DNA of 64,000 nt from Mustelus asterias (taxonomy: Eukaryota), in the NCBI RefSeq assembly GCF_964213995.1, contig NC_135808.1:24490001-24554000 (forward strand). Direction: 5' to 3'. The notes under the pieces were generated by a model. The model was not told the origin of the DNA, did no database searches, and was given only the letters and a program-made list of their open reading frames with translations. Shown here one piece after another: positions 22,790 to 35,500 of the stretch (positions within the stretch are counted from its first letter, which is position 1; each line of letters opens with the position of its first letter). Both the position numbers and the translations under genes were made by a program.

Positions 22790-25700
22790 CTCAGTGTGTG
22801 AGCTGTGTCCTGTATTAATACTGTCCCTCTCAGTGTGTGAGCTGTGTCCTGTATTAATACTGTCCCTGTCAGTCTGTGAGCTGTGTCCTGTACTGATACT
22901 GTCCCTCTCAGTGTGTGAGCTGTGTCCTGTACTGATAATGTCCCTCTCAGTGTGTGAGCTGTGTCCTGTATTGATACTGTCCCTCTCAGCGTGTGAGCTG
23001 TGTCCTGTACTGATACTGTCCCTCTCAGTGTGTGAGCTGTGTCCTGTACTGATACTGTCCCTCTCAGTGTGTGAGCTGTGTCCTGTATTGATACTGTCCC
23101 TCTCAGCGTGTGAGCTGTGTCCTGTACTGATACTGTCCCTCTCAGTCTGTGAGCTGTGTCCTGTACTGATACTGTCCCTCTCAGTGTGTGAGCTGTGTCC
23201 TGTACTGATACTGTCCCTCTCAGCGTGTGAGCTGTGTCCTGTACTGATACTGTCCCTCTCAGCGTGTGAGCTGTGTCCTGTACTGATACTGTCCCTCTCA
23301 GCGTGTGAGCTGTGTCCTGTACTGATACTGTCCCTCTCAGTGTGTGAGCTGTGTCCTGTACTGATACTGTCCCTCTCAGTCTGTGAGCTGTGTCCTGTAC
23401 TGATACTGTCCCTCTCAGTGTGTGAGCTGTGTCCTGTACCTGATACTGTCCCTCTCAGTCTGTGAGCTGTGTCCTGTACTGATACTGTCCCTCTCAGTGT
23501 GTGAGCTGTGTCCTGTACCTGATACTGTCCCTCTCAGTCTGTGAGCTGTGTCCTGTACTGATACTGTCCCTCTCAGTGTGTGAGCTGTGTCCTGTACTGA
23601 TACTGTCTCTCTCAGTGTGTGAGCTGTGTCCTGTACTGATACTGTCCCTCTCAGCATGTGAGCTGTGTCCTGTACTGATCCTGTCCCTCTCAGTGTGTGA
23701 GCTGTGTCCTGTACTGATACTGTCCCTCTCAGTGTGTGAGCTGTGTCCTGTACTGATACTGTCCCTCTCAGTCTGTGAGCTGTGTCCTGTACTGATACTG
23801 TCCCTCTCAGTGTGTGAGCTGTGTCCTGTACCTGATACTGTCCCTCTCAGTCTGTGAGCTGTGTCCTGTACTGATACTGTCCCTCTCAGTCTGTGAGCTG
23901 TGTCTTGTACTGATACTGTCCCTCTCAGTGTGTGAGCTGTGTCCTGGACCTGATGGTGTCCCTCTCAGCGTGTGAGCTGTGTCCTGTACTGATACTGTCC
24001 CTCTCAGCGTGTGAGCTGTGTCCTGTACTGATACTGTCCCTCTCAGTCTGTGAGCTGTGTCTTGTACTGATACTGTCCCTCTCAGTGTGTGAGCTGTGTC
24101 TTGTACTGATACTGTCCCTCTCAGCGTGTGAGCTGTGTCTTGTACTGATACTGTCCCTCTCAGTGTGTGAGCTGTGTCTTGTACTGATACTGTCCCTCTC
24201 AGTCTGTGAGCTGTGTCCTGTACTGATACTGTCCCTCTCAGTGTGTGAGCTGTGTCTTGTACTGATACTGTCCCTCTCAGTGTGTGAGCTGTGTCCTGTA
24301 CTGATACTGTCCCTCTCAGCGTGTGAGCTGTGTCCTGTACTGATACTGTCCCTCTCAGCGTGTGAGCTGTGTCCTGTACTGATACTGTCCCTCTCAGCGT
24401 GTGAGCTGTGTCCTGTACTGATACTGTCCCTCTCAGTCTGTGAGCTGTGTCCTGTACTGATACTGTCCCTCTCAGCGTGTGAGCTGTGTCCTGTACTGAT
24501 ACTGTCCCTCTCAGCGTGTGAGCTGTGTCCTGTACTGATACTGTCCCTCTCAGTCTGAGCTGTGTCCTGTACTGATACTGTCCCTCTCAGTCTGTGAGCT
24601 GTGTCCTGTACTGATACTGTCCCTCTCAGTGTGTGAGCTGTGTCTTGTACCTGATACTGTCCCTCTCAGTCTGTGAGCTGTGTCCTGTACTGATACTGTC
24701 CCTCTCAGTGTGTGAGCTGTGTCTTGTACTGATACTGTCCCTCTCAGTGTGTGAGCTGTGTCCTGTATTAATACTGTCCCTCTCAGTGTGTGAGCTGTGT
24801 CCTGTATTAATACTGTCCCTCTCAGTGTGTGAGCTGTGTCTTGTACTGATACTGTCCCTCTCAGTGTGTGAGCTGTGTCCTGTACTGATACTGTCCCTCT
24901 CAGTGTGTGAGCTGTGTCCTGTACTGATACTGTCCCTCTCAGTGTGTGAGCTGTGTCCTGTACTGATACTGTCCCTCTCAGTGTGTGAGCTGTGTCCTGT
25001 AATGATACTGTCCCTCTCAGTCTGTGAGCTGTGTCTTGTACTGATACTGTCCCTCTCAGTCTGTGAGCTGTGTCCTGTACTGATATTGTCCCTCTCAGTG
25101 TGTGAGCTGTGTCTTGTACTGATACTGTCCCTCTCAGTGTGTGAGCTGTGTCTTGTACTGATACTGTCCCTCTCAGTGTGTGAGCTGTGTCCTGTACTGA
25201 TACTGTCCCTCTCAGTGTGTGAGCTGTGTCCTGTATTAATACTGTCCCTCTCAGTGTGTGAGCTGTGTCCTGTATTGATACTGTCCCTCTCAGTGTGTGA
25301 GCTGTGTCTTGTACTGATACTGTCCCTCTCAGTGTGTGAGCTGTGTCCTGTACTGATACTGTCCCTCTCAGTGTGTGAGCTGTGTCTTGTACTGATACTG
25401 TCCCTCTCAGCGTGTGAGCTGTGTCCTGTACTGATACTGTCCCTCTCAGTGTGTGAGCTGTGTCTTGTACTGATACTGTCCCTCTCAGTGTGTGAGCTGT
25501 GTCCTGTACTGATACTGTCCCTCTCAGTGTGTGAGCTGTGTCTTGTACTGATACTGTCCCTCTCAGTGTGTGAGCTGTGTCCTGTACTGATACTGTCCCT
25601 CTCAGTCCAAGAGCTGTGTCCTGTATTAATACTGTCCCTCTCAGTGTGTGAGCTGTGTCCTGTACTGATACTGTCCCTCTCAGTCTGTGAGCTGTGTCCT

Positions 25701-26025
25701 GTACTGATACTGTCCCTCTCAGTGTGTGAGCTGTGTCCTGTACCTGATGGTGTCCCTCTCAGCGTGTGAGCTGTGTCCTGTACCTGATACTGTCCCTCTC
25801 AGTCTGTGAGCTGTGTCCTGTACTGATACTGTCCCTCTCAGTGTGTGAGCTGTGTCCTGTACTGATACAGTCCCTCTCAGTGTGTGAGCTGTGTCCTGTA
25901 CCTGATGGTGTCCCTCTCAGCGTGTGAGCTGTGTCCTGTACCTGATGGTGTCCCTCTCAGTGTGTGAGCTGTGTCCTGTACCTGATACTGTCCCTCTCAG
26001 TGTATGAGCTCTGTGCTGTACTTGA
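22790..26025. repeat. 39-bp tandem satellite, ~83 units, copy A
   Basis: Unit ctcagtgtgtgagctgtgtcctgtactgatactgtccct. Confidence 0.98.
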
Positions 26026-27889
26026 TTTGAAAAAGTGATTAGCTGATCAGGCAGAGTGAAATTGAAAGGAAAAATGGTGCACAAAGAAACAGTATTTGGA
26101 GATTCGATGCTTGGATCAGCGTCGGGAAATTGGAATGTTTGGGAGAAAGTCGAAAGGAAGAAACAAATAGTGCGAGATCACGGAGATGTGAGACCAAAGA
26201 TTAGATTATTGAATCAGGATGAAGAAATGGATCTCGCTGCTTTTCAGAAATGGGCCGTTGATGTCTGGTTGGTGGAATATCAGAAGTAGGTTAGAAAAAA
26301 GAAATTAAACACTGTCGCTGCAAGAGTGGATCAGAGGTTGGGAATTTGGTGGAGAGTAACTCAGCTCCTCGGCAAAAGTGCTATTTAGGAAGTCGGTGCA
26401 GACTCGATGGGCCGAATGGCCTCCTTCTGCACTACAAGGATTCCATGGTTGAGTTTATTCAGACAACAACTGAAGAGAGGGAGAATTCCGTGTTGAAGTT
26501 GGAAGATTCTGGGTGAACTGAGGCAGTTTGATGCTGTTGTCCGGATTGTAACCGCGGGGAGACAGACCTGGGGCAATGCCATTGAGATGATGGAAAATGA
26601 GCTGCGGGATTGACTGTTGTCGGAAAGAGAGAAAGTTAAAATAAGTTTCAAATCAAAACAGTGACTGAAGCGGATCCTCGGCTTCCGGGTGGGAAAAATT
26701 AAACAGGAAAATTCCAGTGAAATAGAAATTAAAGTGAGTGAGTGAAAGGAAATTCAGATTGTGTCCCCAGAATCGAGAAAATAAAACAAGTTGCACTTTT
26801 TAGGTTGAGAAAGTTTGTAGAAGTTTTGGAATTGAAACACACACTATTGGAAACTCCGCCCTCTGTTGTTTCAATGTAACAATCTTCAATGTTTCCTTTT
26901 CTGTTATTTGTGAAACGCGGTTTTCCCTTAATTTCAATAACAGACATTAGTGAAGTGAGAAGATGTGATGGAATTTATTTTATCCCCTTTTAAAAGGCAC
27001 GTGCTACATTTGTCAGGTTGAAAAGATCCAGAGTGAAACTTGAAGTGCTGTGAGAAAGAATTGTGTGGACAGATGTGTGTGTGTAAACTTCCTGTTAGTG
27101 AATGAGGAAAGGCTGTGTGAATGCTCTGCATTGCTGTTCCTTCAGACCGGCTCCAACTCTGATGTGTTTTCCTGAAAATGGTTCGGTCTTAAAGAGGATA
27201 ACAGTTTAAAAGTTTTGAAATTGGAAGCTTGTTACCGGCTACAATGAAACTCTGTTGAAACTGGTGAAGCATGTGGATTTCTAATCCAGATACAAATTCA
27301 CATCTGTCAGAGTGGAGTCGTTTTTTAAGCTTTGACGGTGTAATTTCGAATTGAGGAGCTGAATTTAAGGTGATTGTTGATGGATTATTCTTGTGTTTAA
27401 AATAGCCATAAAAATCACCCTGGGGAACAATTGGGACTTTATCTTCTGATCTATTTTGCTCCAAGGTTTTTATTCGGAAATATCCAGTTTGAAATGGTGA
27501 ATCCACAAGACTTGAAGAAATATCTTTGTTCTGCTGAAACCGCCATTACTCTGAGAACATTGTAACCCAGTCTCTTTTTGAAATCACAGTGACAGTGAAT
27601 TCCTTCACCAAACGTGTTCTGATTTAGAATTAACCCATTCAGCTCCGAGCAGGATGAGCCTTTTCTGTTTTATAAACTCACACACATCCGCACAGGTAAC
27701 AATTGTGTCCAAAACTGCAAAGTGTAACAATATTTCCAACAGTGACAAGAATTGGAAACTTAGCTGCAGATACCAATTTGTACAAAGACTTTGATATTTC
27801 AAAGATATTTGTGATTTGCCAAGACAGAGTGCTTGGGAATGGGAGATCTTGACTTGAGCACACTATCCAATGGAGTTTTTGTTTCAGTA

Positions 27890-28130
27890 TTTTATCAGTG
27901 TCACAAGTTGGCTTACATTAACACTGCAATTAAGTTCGTATGAAAATCCCCTAGTCGCCACACTCAGGCACCTGTTGCTGAGGGAGAATTTAGCATGGTC
28001 AATGCACCTCACCAGCACATCTTTTGGTCTGTGGGAGGAAACCCACACAGACACGGGCAGAACGTGCAGACTCCACACAGGCAGTGACCCAAGCCGGGAA
28101 TCGAACCTGGGTCTTTGGTGCTGCCCCATT
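27890..28130 (-). mobile_element. V-SINE (paralog ~60618-60858)
   Basis: B-box ggttcgattcc and V-domain on the minus strand. Confidence 0.75.
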
Positions 28131-30154
28131 GCACTCACTTAAAGAAACATGAAAAAAGGGCAGAAGAAATTAGAATTCACAAATTCATCACATGTGAATT
28201 AATATTTTAAAATGCTGAAGGAGAAATTTGCTGGGATTTAAAATACACTTTCGCTCCTTTCTATGAATGTTCAGAAGTAAACTATACATGGGGCTTTCTC
28301 AATTTGAGATGATTTGAAAAATGTATCATTTAATCTTCTGCTGAAGTAATGAGATGTCACCGAAGATAAGGAGCAAACATGTTAGTGCCAGAAATCAAAT
28401 TCAATGTCAAAAAATTATATTTGACTGTCAACATTATCCAGGGCTCCCAGTTGAGATAGGATGAAAAATAATGGGATGTTTGTCCGAGGAGAGTGATTGA
28501 GAGAGAGATGTAGTGTTAGGAAACATACACACTGCACACATATTAGCATCATCATGGGTGTAATCTGGTATTGAGATATATTTCACAGAAGGAAAAATGG
28601 TTTAGACTGGTAATTTGCTGACTTACTCTTGGTGATGTTTGTGCCCTTGTATAGAGGAAGGTTTCTAACAGCTAATAAGATTTTTAGACAGAATGCGTTC
28701 TCTCAAAAGCAGAACACTAGTAAGGAGTTAAATGATTCTTACAACAAGCTGACAAGAATCGTTCACACATATGTGAATGCAGGAACAGAATCAAACAAGT
28801 AGTTATGATTTTAAAACATATATATTGATATTTTCGACGTATCTTAAATGTATTATTCACATCAGCCAAAGCGAGCTCCCGCAAGGTATGATGGCAAAGG
28901 CAAATATTTTAAAACTAAAGGCCTGGGAACCTAATAATTAGAAAAATTCATATCAGAAAGTTTCATAACTCAAACAATATTATGAATAAGGTTCAGTCAC
29001 TGTCCACAGAATAGATATGTTCCTAGACATGGGATCACATGTCTAGCCATCTTGGCAGTGAGCTGGTGGGAACATCCACTTTGACCTCTCCAGTAGTGTC
29101 TACCATAACCTGGCAACAGTGAAGTAGCTTTAGCCAAGAAGAGAGTGAGCATCCGGTTTTAATGGACAAATGGGATACCATTATTCTGGAAGGCACAATG
29201 CAGTTGGCTGAGGTACTTGACAGAGATTTATATTGATGTGTATATACTAAATGTAATTGATTTTAATGTCAGGTGGGAATGATTGATAAGAAAAAACTAT
29301 AATTGATCTGTTTTTGATTGTATATGCCAGATCTATTGAAGAGGTTTTGTCACTCTGCAACAGAGCTACTGAATCCTTTGGTGGTCTCCAGGCAGCTGCT
29401 TGTTTTTCTTTTAAATAAATGTTCTGTCTTTATACAGAGATATCTGCCTCGTGAGTTTTGCATTGTCGATAGTTTAAGATTGCACCGGTCATCTTGAAAT
29501 ACCCCACAACACCTTGTCCATGATAGTTTGGTATAAAATGACAATTGATAGGCTGGTCATTATGAAAGGCCATGGGACCATGCAGTGGGGTGTAAGCAAA
29601 GACCCCACAACAGGACCCCTGTCTCCCCTTCCCTGCCACTCCCCCCCTCCCCATTGTCCAGAAATAATGTTGGGATCCGAATGCGAGAGTGACTGGATGA
29701 GTGTCATTCTGTTACGTGTGAAGTAGGAACTATACGGTCAGTGAGGAGAAGCTTCAGTCTGAGTGAGACAGAGACCAAAGGAGTAAATTTGGGAATGTGG
29801 TTCCAAGTGGAAATTTAACTCGGAAATCTTTTGCACGTTCAGTTTTCGAGTAAAGGTCAAATTCTGAACTAAAACCAGCAGCCTTCAAGTAAGTTAAATA
29901 GCCTAGCTGCCCCGGGCTGTCTGTCGGTGTGTATCTTCTGTGAAAACCATTGTTGGAAGGTGAAAACAGAAGTAGAAGTCAGCAAGCACACCCACAGTAC
30001 CCCTGCAATGGCCAGTTTACAGACTCAACTCACAGCCTTACAGGCCACACCACTACTCTCCGAACAGGCGGCACAGGGACACATCCACAGGCTGCACTGC
30101 ACATTTGGCCAAATCTAGAGAGATCTCCCCAGCAGACACCCCATCTCCTGGGTC

Positions 30155-30445
30155 TGGGCAGCACGATGGCGCAGTGGTTAGCACTGCTGCCCCACAGCGC
30201 CAGGGACCTGGATTCAATCCCCGGCTTGGGCAACTGTCTGTGCCGAGTCTGCACGTTCTCCCCGTGTCTGCGTGGGTTTTCTCCGGGTGCTCTGGTTTCT
30301 TCCCACATTCCAAAAGTTGTGCTGTTGAGGTGCATTAGAAATGCTAAATTCTCCCTCAGTGTAACTGAACAGGTGCTGGAGGATTTTCACAGTAACCTTC
30401 ATTGCAACGTTAACGTAAGTCTACTTGTGACACTAATAAATAAAC
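30155..30445 (+). mobile_element. V-SINE (paralog ~62883-63173)
   Basis: gggcagcacgatggcgcagtggttagcactgctg head, V-domain, aataaataaa tail. Confidence 0.8.
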
Positions 30446-32234
30446 TGGAAACTTTAACTTTTGTTCAGCACCCTCTCCCCCCCGCCCCCCCCCTCACCCC
30501 AACCATGTGCAAACCCCAAGGCAGCTCTGTCGAAGAGGATGCAGCAGTGGGACAAGGCTACAGTGATACAGATAAAATGGGTACATGAACATTGCACAGT
30601 CTTCACCTCGATCCTGCTGGGTCATTTCCAAAGGCATTTAAGAGACAACCACATTGCTGTGGGTCTGGAGTCACATGTAGGGCAGACCAGGTAAGGACAG
30701 CAGATTTCCTTCCTTCAAGGACATTAGTGAACAAGATGGGTTTTTACAACAGTCGGCAATGGCTTCGTGGTCATCATTAGACTTTATTTTTTATTGAGTT
30801 CAATTTCCATCCTCTACCATAATGGGATTCAACCCAGATTCCCAGAGCTTTATCCTGTGTCTCTGGATTCCTATCCAGTGACAATACCTCGACACTGCCA
30901 GCAGCCCAAACTCCATGTGGAAGTACTGGGCATGTATCACACAGCTTGATGTGTGGTGGGATTATCAAAATCAGGAATCATTGTGATCCAGCTATAGAGA
31001 TGTGCAAAGAACAGATTTAATCTTCACTAATAATCCTGTGTGGTAATTTTTTTCGAAAGTCCATATACAGAGATCCACCAAATGTTCCCATCACCGTCTG
31101 TTACCATCGCTTGATGTGCATTTCTGACCTTGCAAAGGTCCTTCTGCTGTGAGAGCTGAGAGGACTGTCACTCAGCCTCTGCTGTTCTCAGCCAGCCTCT
31201 CTGGCCCAAACACAGCACCCTGTCCCCAGCTACTGTCGGGACCAGTGGCCGACCGTGACCCTCTTGCCTGCTTGCGCCGATCTACTCTCGCAACTTGCCC
31301 CACCTGCTCAGACAGATCGACTTCGCGACACCCCCTCCCACCACAATAGCCAGCCCGAACCCCCCCTCCCCTGCCATGGCCAGCCTGGAGCATGCCCCTC
31401 CCTCCCCCACTGATCACTGTGGCACAGTGCACAGAGGTTCCCCCCAGCCCACTAGCACCAATCGGCTGCCCTGGCCTGGCCCCTCCCCAATAGGCCTGCC
31501 CCCTCAGGCCCCACCTTCGTAACATAGCCTGATACCCAGTTGGCAATGCCAGGGTGCTAGACTGGCACTGCCCAAGGGGCACCCTCCCTGCCAGCTACCC
31601 CTGGCGGAGAGCCACAAGGCCTCTATTTCTACCAGCGAGGCCATTACATCTGGTCCCCATTGGTGGGGGCCAGCTGTGATTCTCCCTGGAGAGAATCTCT
31701 CCCGGTGAGGCCACAGAGGAAAGTGAACACAGACGATAACGTCCCAGGCTCGTGAACTCAATGCAAAAGATATGTAAATTTTATTTAAATGATTTATTCA
31801 GCCTTGCACCGGAAATGGATGCGAAGCTGACCTTGCCGGATGTCTGGTGTGGGTAAGATCGCAACAGGGGAGAAATCGGGCGTGAACCTGATTTCTCAAC
31901 TTGCTCACAATATTACCGACTCACCCCGACCATCAGCCAGTGGGGCACAAAGGGAAGATCACCTCCCTCGACAGGATAAACAGAGTGAAAGTGTTAATGA
32001 TCATACAGAAGCTGCTATGAGAAAAACCACTGGCCTCTATTAAAGCTTCCCAGATAAGCGTCAAGGCCGAGACACAAGGAAGGAAAGCCTAGAATAGAGG
32101 TTCATTTATTAACAAAGGCTATTAGACTGAAAGAGTTCATTAAATTAGACATCTGGACATGGGAGAGGTATTTGATATCTACAAACCCAGACTCAAGCTA
32201 GGATGGTACAGATAACTTGTAACAACATGAATTC

Positions 32235-32550
32235 ATAGAATCCCTACAGTGCAGAATGAGGCCATTTGGCCCATCGAGTCTGCACCGACCACAATCCCAC
32301 CAGGCCCTATTGCTGTAACCCCACATATTTATCCTGCTAATCCCCCTGACACGAGGGTCAATTTATCATGGCAATCAACCTAACCCGCATCTTTGGACTG
32401 TGGGCGGAAAACGGAGCACCCGGAGGAAACCCACACAGGCACAGGGAGAATGTGCAAACTCCACATAGACAGTGACCCGAGGCCGGAATTGAACCCTGGT
32501 CCTTGGTGCTGTGAGGCAGCAGTGCTAACCACTGTGCCACCGTGCTGCCC
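32235..32550 (-). mobile_element. V-SINE (its paralog is the partial element at 1-130)
   Basis: Reverse-complement head, V-domain and CR1-type tail. Confidence 0.8.
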
Positions 32551-35500
32551 CACTGTGCCACCTCTATTAGGTCAGCTAACATGATTAAATCTTCATGCTC
32601 ATTGGATATTATAATTGTTATAATCCAGGTCAGAAACTCCAAGGTATTTTATGAAGTCAGCCTGAACCATAAGTTTTACACTTTGAATTTGGCTGGGGGA
32701 AGCATGAGATGTTTCACTTCAGCTATAATTTAAATGACCCGCTAGGGAGCTTTAATCAAACAAAGTTTATTTAAGAATACAGTTAACAAATAGAATGAAA
32801 ATGTGCAATAACCTTTACTATTACAAACAAGAAAAAACACAACCATGATATTGTATAAACCTTAACAACGAAATACACTGTTCCAATACAACAAACATCC
32901 TTATAAACATACACCTGCCTCAGGTTTAGCACAGAAAATAAGAATACTCACGCGGTTTTGCAGCTCAGCAACGCCTGCTGTGAATTAGTCCTTTGGATAG
33001 AATTGAAACTCTGGCGTCTCAGGCTTGTAACTTCCAGCAGACATTGAGGTAGAGATAAAGCCACTGCTGGCCTCTAACTATTAACCAGCAAACCACTGAC
33101 AGCAAGGTTTTCACTCCAGGAAGGCAAGAAAAACTGCTTCCAACAGAGCAGAATTTCTAATAACAGGGAGAGAGGCACGGAAATACCGCCTTTCAGTCTG
33201 AAGTCCAAACACCTTCCAACTAAAAAAGCAGCCAGCAGCCCAAACCACAAGTGAAATAACTCTTGTCACCTGACCTATCAATCATTCTTCCCTCTATCAA
33301 TTGAAAAGGGTTGTAAACTCGTAAAGCTCCAGGACATCACAGTAGGCCCAGATTAAAAAGAAACAAAACCCCATTTAAACCATTTAAGCAGCAATAAAAG
33401 GACACCTAAGCACAAAAGTTGGCAACAATGAAAAAAAACAGGTGCCGACAAACTGCAGAAAACATGATTTAAATAATATATTTCTGAAAGGCACAGTAGT
33501 GTCACATAGTTAAACAGGCATGCAACGGTGGTGATTGGTGTTTAACATTTGTATCATATGCATGTTGTAACCTGAATCAATAATTGTGAGCGGATAGAGA
33601 TAGCTCCCATACCTTGATTGGTATGTTAGTTACTCGTAATCATATCTGAAAGTATAACTGTTTGTGCAATTCTGAATTCTGTACTCTGGCTGCCTTTCTG
33701 GGATCCTTGCGATATAGCTCGCATATCGAACAGATGTGTGATTTGGTTTGGCTACATCAAGGGAAAAAAGTTGTAACAACTTGAAAAGGCTGATCACCAA
33801 AAAGCCCCACAACACAAGGCAGATCAGAGTAGCTTAAACAATGTAACTCCAGATAGAGCAATGCCTGAGAGCCCATCACCTCTAGAATCTGCACAGGGTA
33901 AACAAGGCAGATCAGAATAGCTTAAACAGTGCAGCTCCTGATAGAGCAATGCCTGACAACCCATAACCTCCAGAATCAGTGCAGGGTAAACAATGAATCA
34001 CCTGATGAAGGAGCAGCGATACAAAAGCTCGTGATCCCAAATAAATCTCTTGGACTTTAACTTGGTGTTGTGAGACTTCTTACTCCAGAATCTGTGCACG
34101 GTAAACAGGTCAGATCAGAACAGCTTCAAAAGTGCAGCTCCAGATAGAGCAATTCCTGACAAACTATTGCCACAGTTCCGTTCACAGAGAGTCACATATG
34201 CAGTGTTTAAATCAGTCAGTCGCTGTCATTTCAATTAAATCTTCCCAGATTCTCTCATCCTCTCTGCCGCTGATCTCGGGGCTGGTGTCCCTGGATTACA
34301 AACCGGACACTGAGGATGAGAAAGAAATACATCGCTATAGAGTGAGGCAATCCCAGCAGAAGTGGAACACCCCCAACAAAACCCCTCAGATCCACCCAAC
34401 TCCCACATATACCAGAAGCAAAATCCATCAGACCCCTAACACCTAATACTGCAGAAACCTGGAATCGTACAGAGAGTGTAGGGGTGAAATTAAAAGGGAA
34501 ACCAGGAAAGTAAAGTGAGGGCATGAAAAATGCTGCCAAGAAAATATCAAGAAACCTCCAAGGATGTTCTCTAAGTACATGAAGAGAAAAGGAGAAGGAA
34601 AGGGTAGAGTCTGTTGGAGACCAATAAGATTGTCCGTGTGAGAGGGTGGAGAATGTGGTGAGATTGTGAAGGCAACAGTGGCGTAGTGGTGATATTGCTG
34701 GGTTAGTATTCCTGAGGCCTGGAATAATGTTATTGGAGGACATGGGTTCAAATCCCAGAACGGCAGCTGGTGGGATGTGAATTCAATTAATAAAATCTGA
34801 AATTATGGGCGGCACGGTAGCACAGTGGTTAGCACTGCAGCTTCACAGCTCCAGGGACCTGGGTTTGATTCCGGGCTTGGGTCACTGTCTGTGTGGAGTT
34901 TGCACATTCTCCTCGTGTCTGCGTGGGTTTCCTCTGGGTGCTCCGGTTTCCTCCCACAGTCCAAAGATGTGCGGGTTAGGTCGATTGGCCATGCTAAAAT
35001 TGCCCCTTAGTGTCCAGAGATGTTTAGGTTAGAGGGATTAGCGGGTAAATATGTAGGGATATGGGGGTAGGGCCTTTGCTGGGATTGTAGTCGGTGCAGA
35101 CTCGATGGGCCCAATGGCCCCTTTCTGCACTGTAGGGTTTCTATGGTTTCTATGAAATACATTGCCGCTGTCTTTGGGAAACAGGGAGCAATGCTGCCAT
35201 TGCAGTTAAGGAAGAAGAGTGTGAAATACTGCATCAGATAAACATTGTAACAGAGGATGGATGAACAGATTTTAGATTTTTGAATGTAGATAAATCTCCT
35301 GGTTAAAAGAAGCAAGGGAGGACATTCAAGGGGCTCTGATCATCAGAATCATCCCTCCCGAGCTACAGGAGTGTGGAAGGAGATTAAAGGACTGCCAACA
35401 TTACACCATGGATTGAAAAGGGAAGAAAAGGTAACCTGAGTAATTATACACCAGTTAGTGTAACTTCGGTGTTGGAAAAATTATTGGAATCAATTTTGAG

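Larger units (their letters stand above)
1..32418. repeat. Segmental tandem duplication, copy A (~32.4 kb unit containing one MHC class I gene)
   Basis: Position 1 (cccggaggaaacccacacagg) recurs at 32419. The ORF pattern recurs with an offset of ~32.37-32.75 kb (e.g. 11417/43960, 17035/49605, 26056/58784). Confidence 0.97.

Noticed and set aside
22794-25769. Long ORFs (VCELCPVLILSLS)n of up to 378-430 aa, and the reverse-strand (QDTAHTLRGTVSV)n ORF
   Set aside because: By-product of a 39-bp unit (a multiple of 3) with no stop in some frames; no real start context, and 1-2 bp indels shift the frame.
22790-26025. CRISPR-like or RSS-like array
   Set aside because: Units are contiguous with no unique spacers, the context is eukaryotic, and the heptamer-like CACAC/GTG words have no nonamer at 12 or 23 bp.
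26900-29950. Possible decayed retroviral or gene-derived coding sequence
   Set aside because: I could not recover any recognisable protein motif and stops are frequent; a translated search would be needed.
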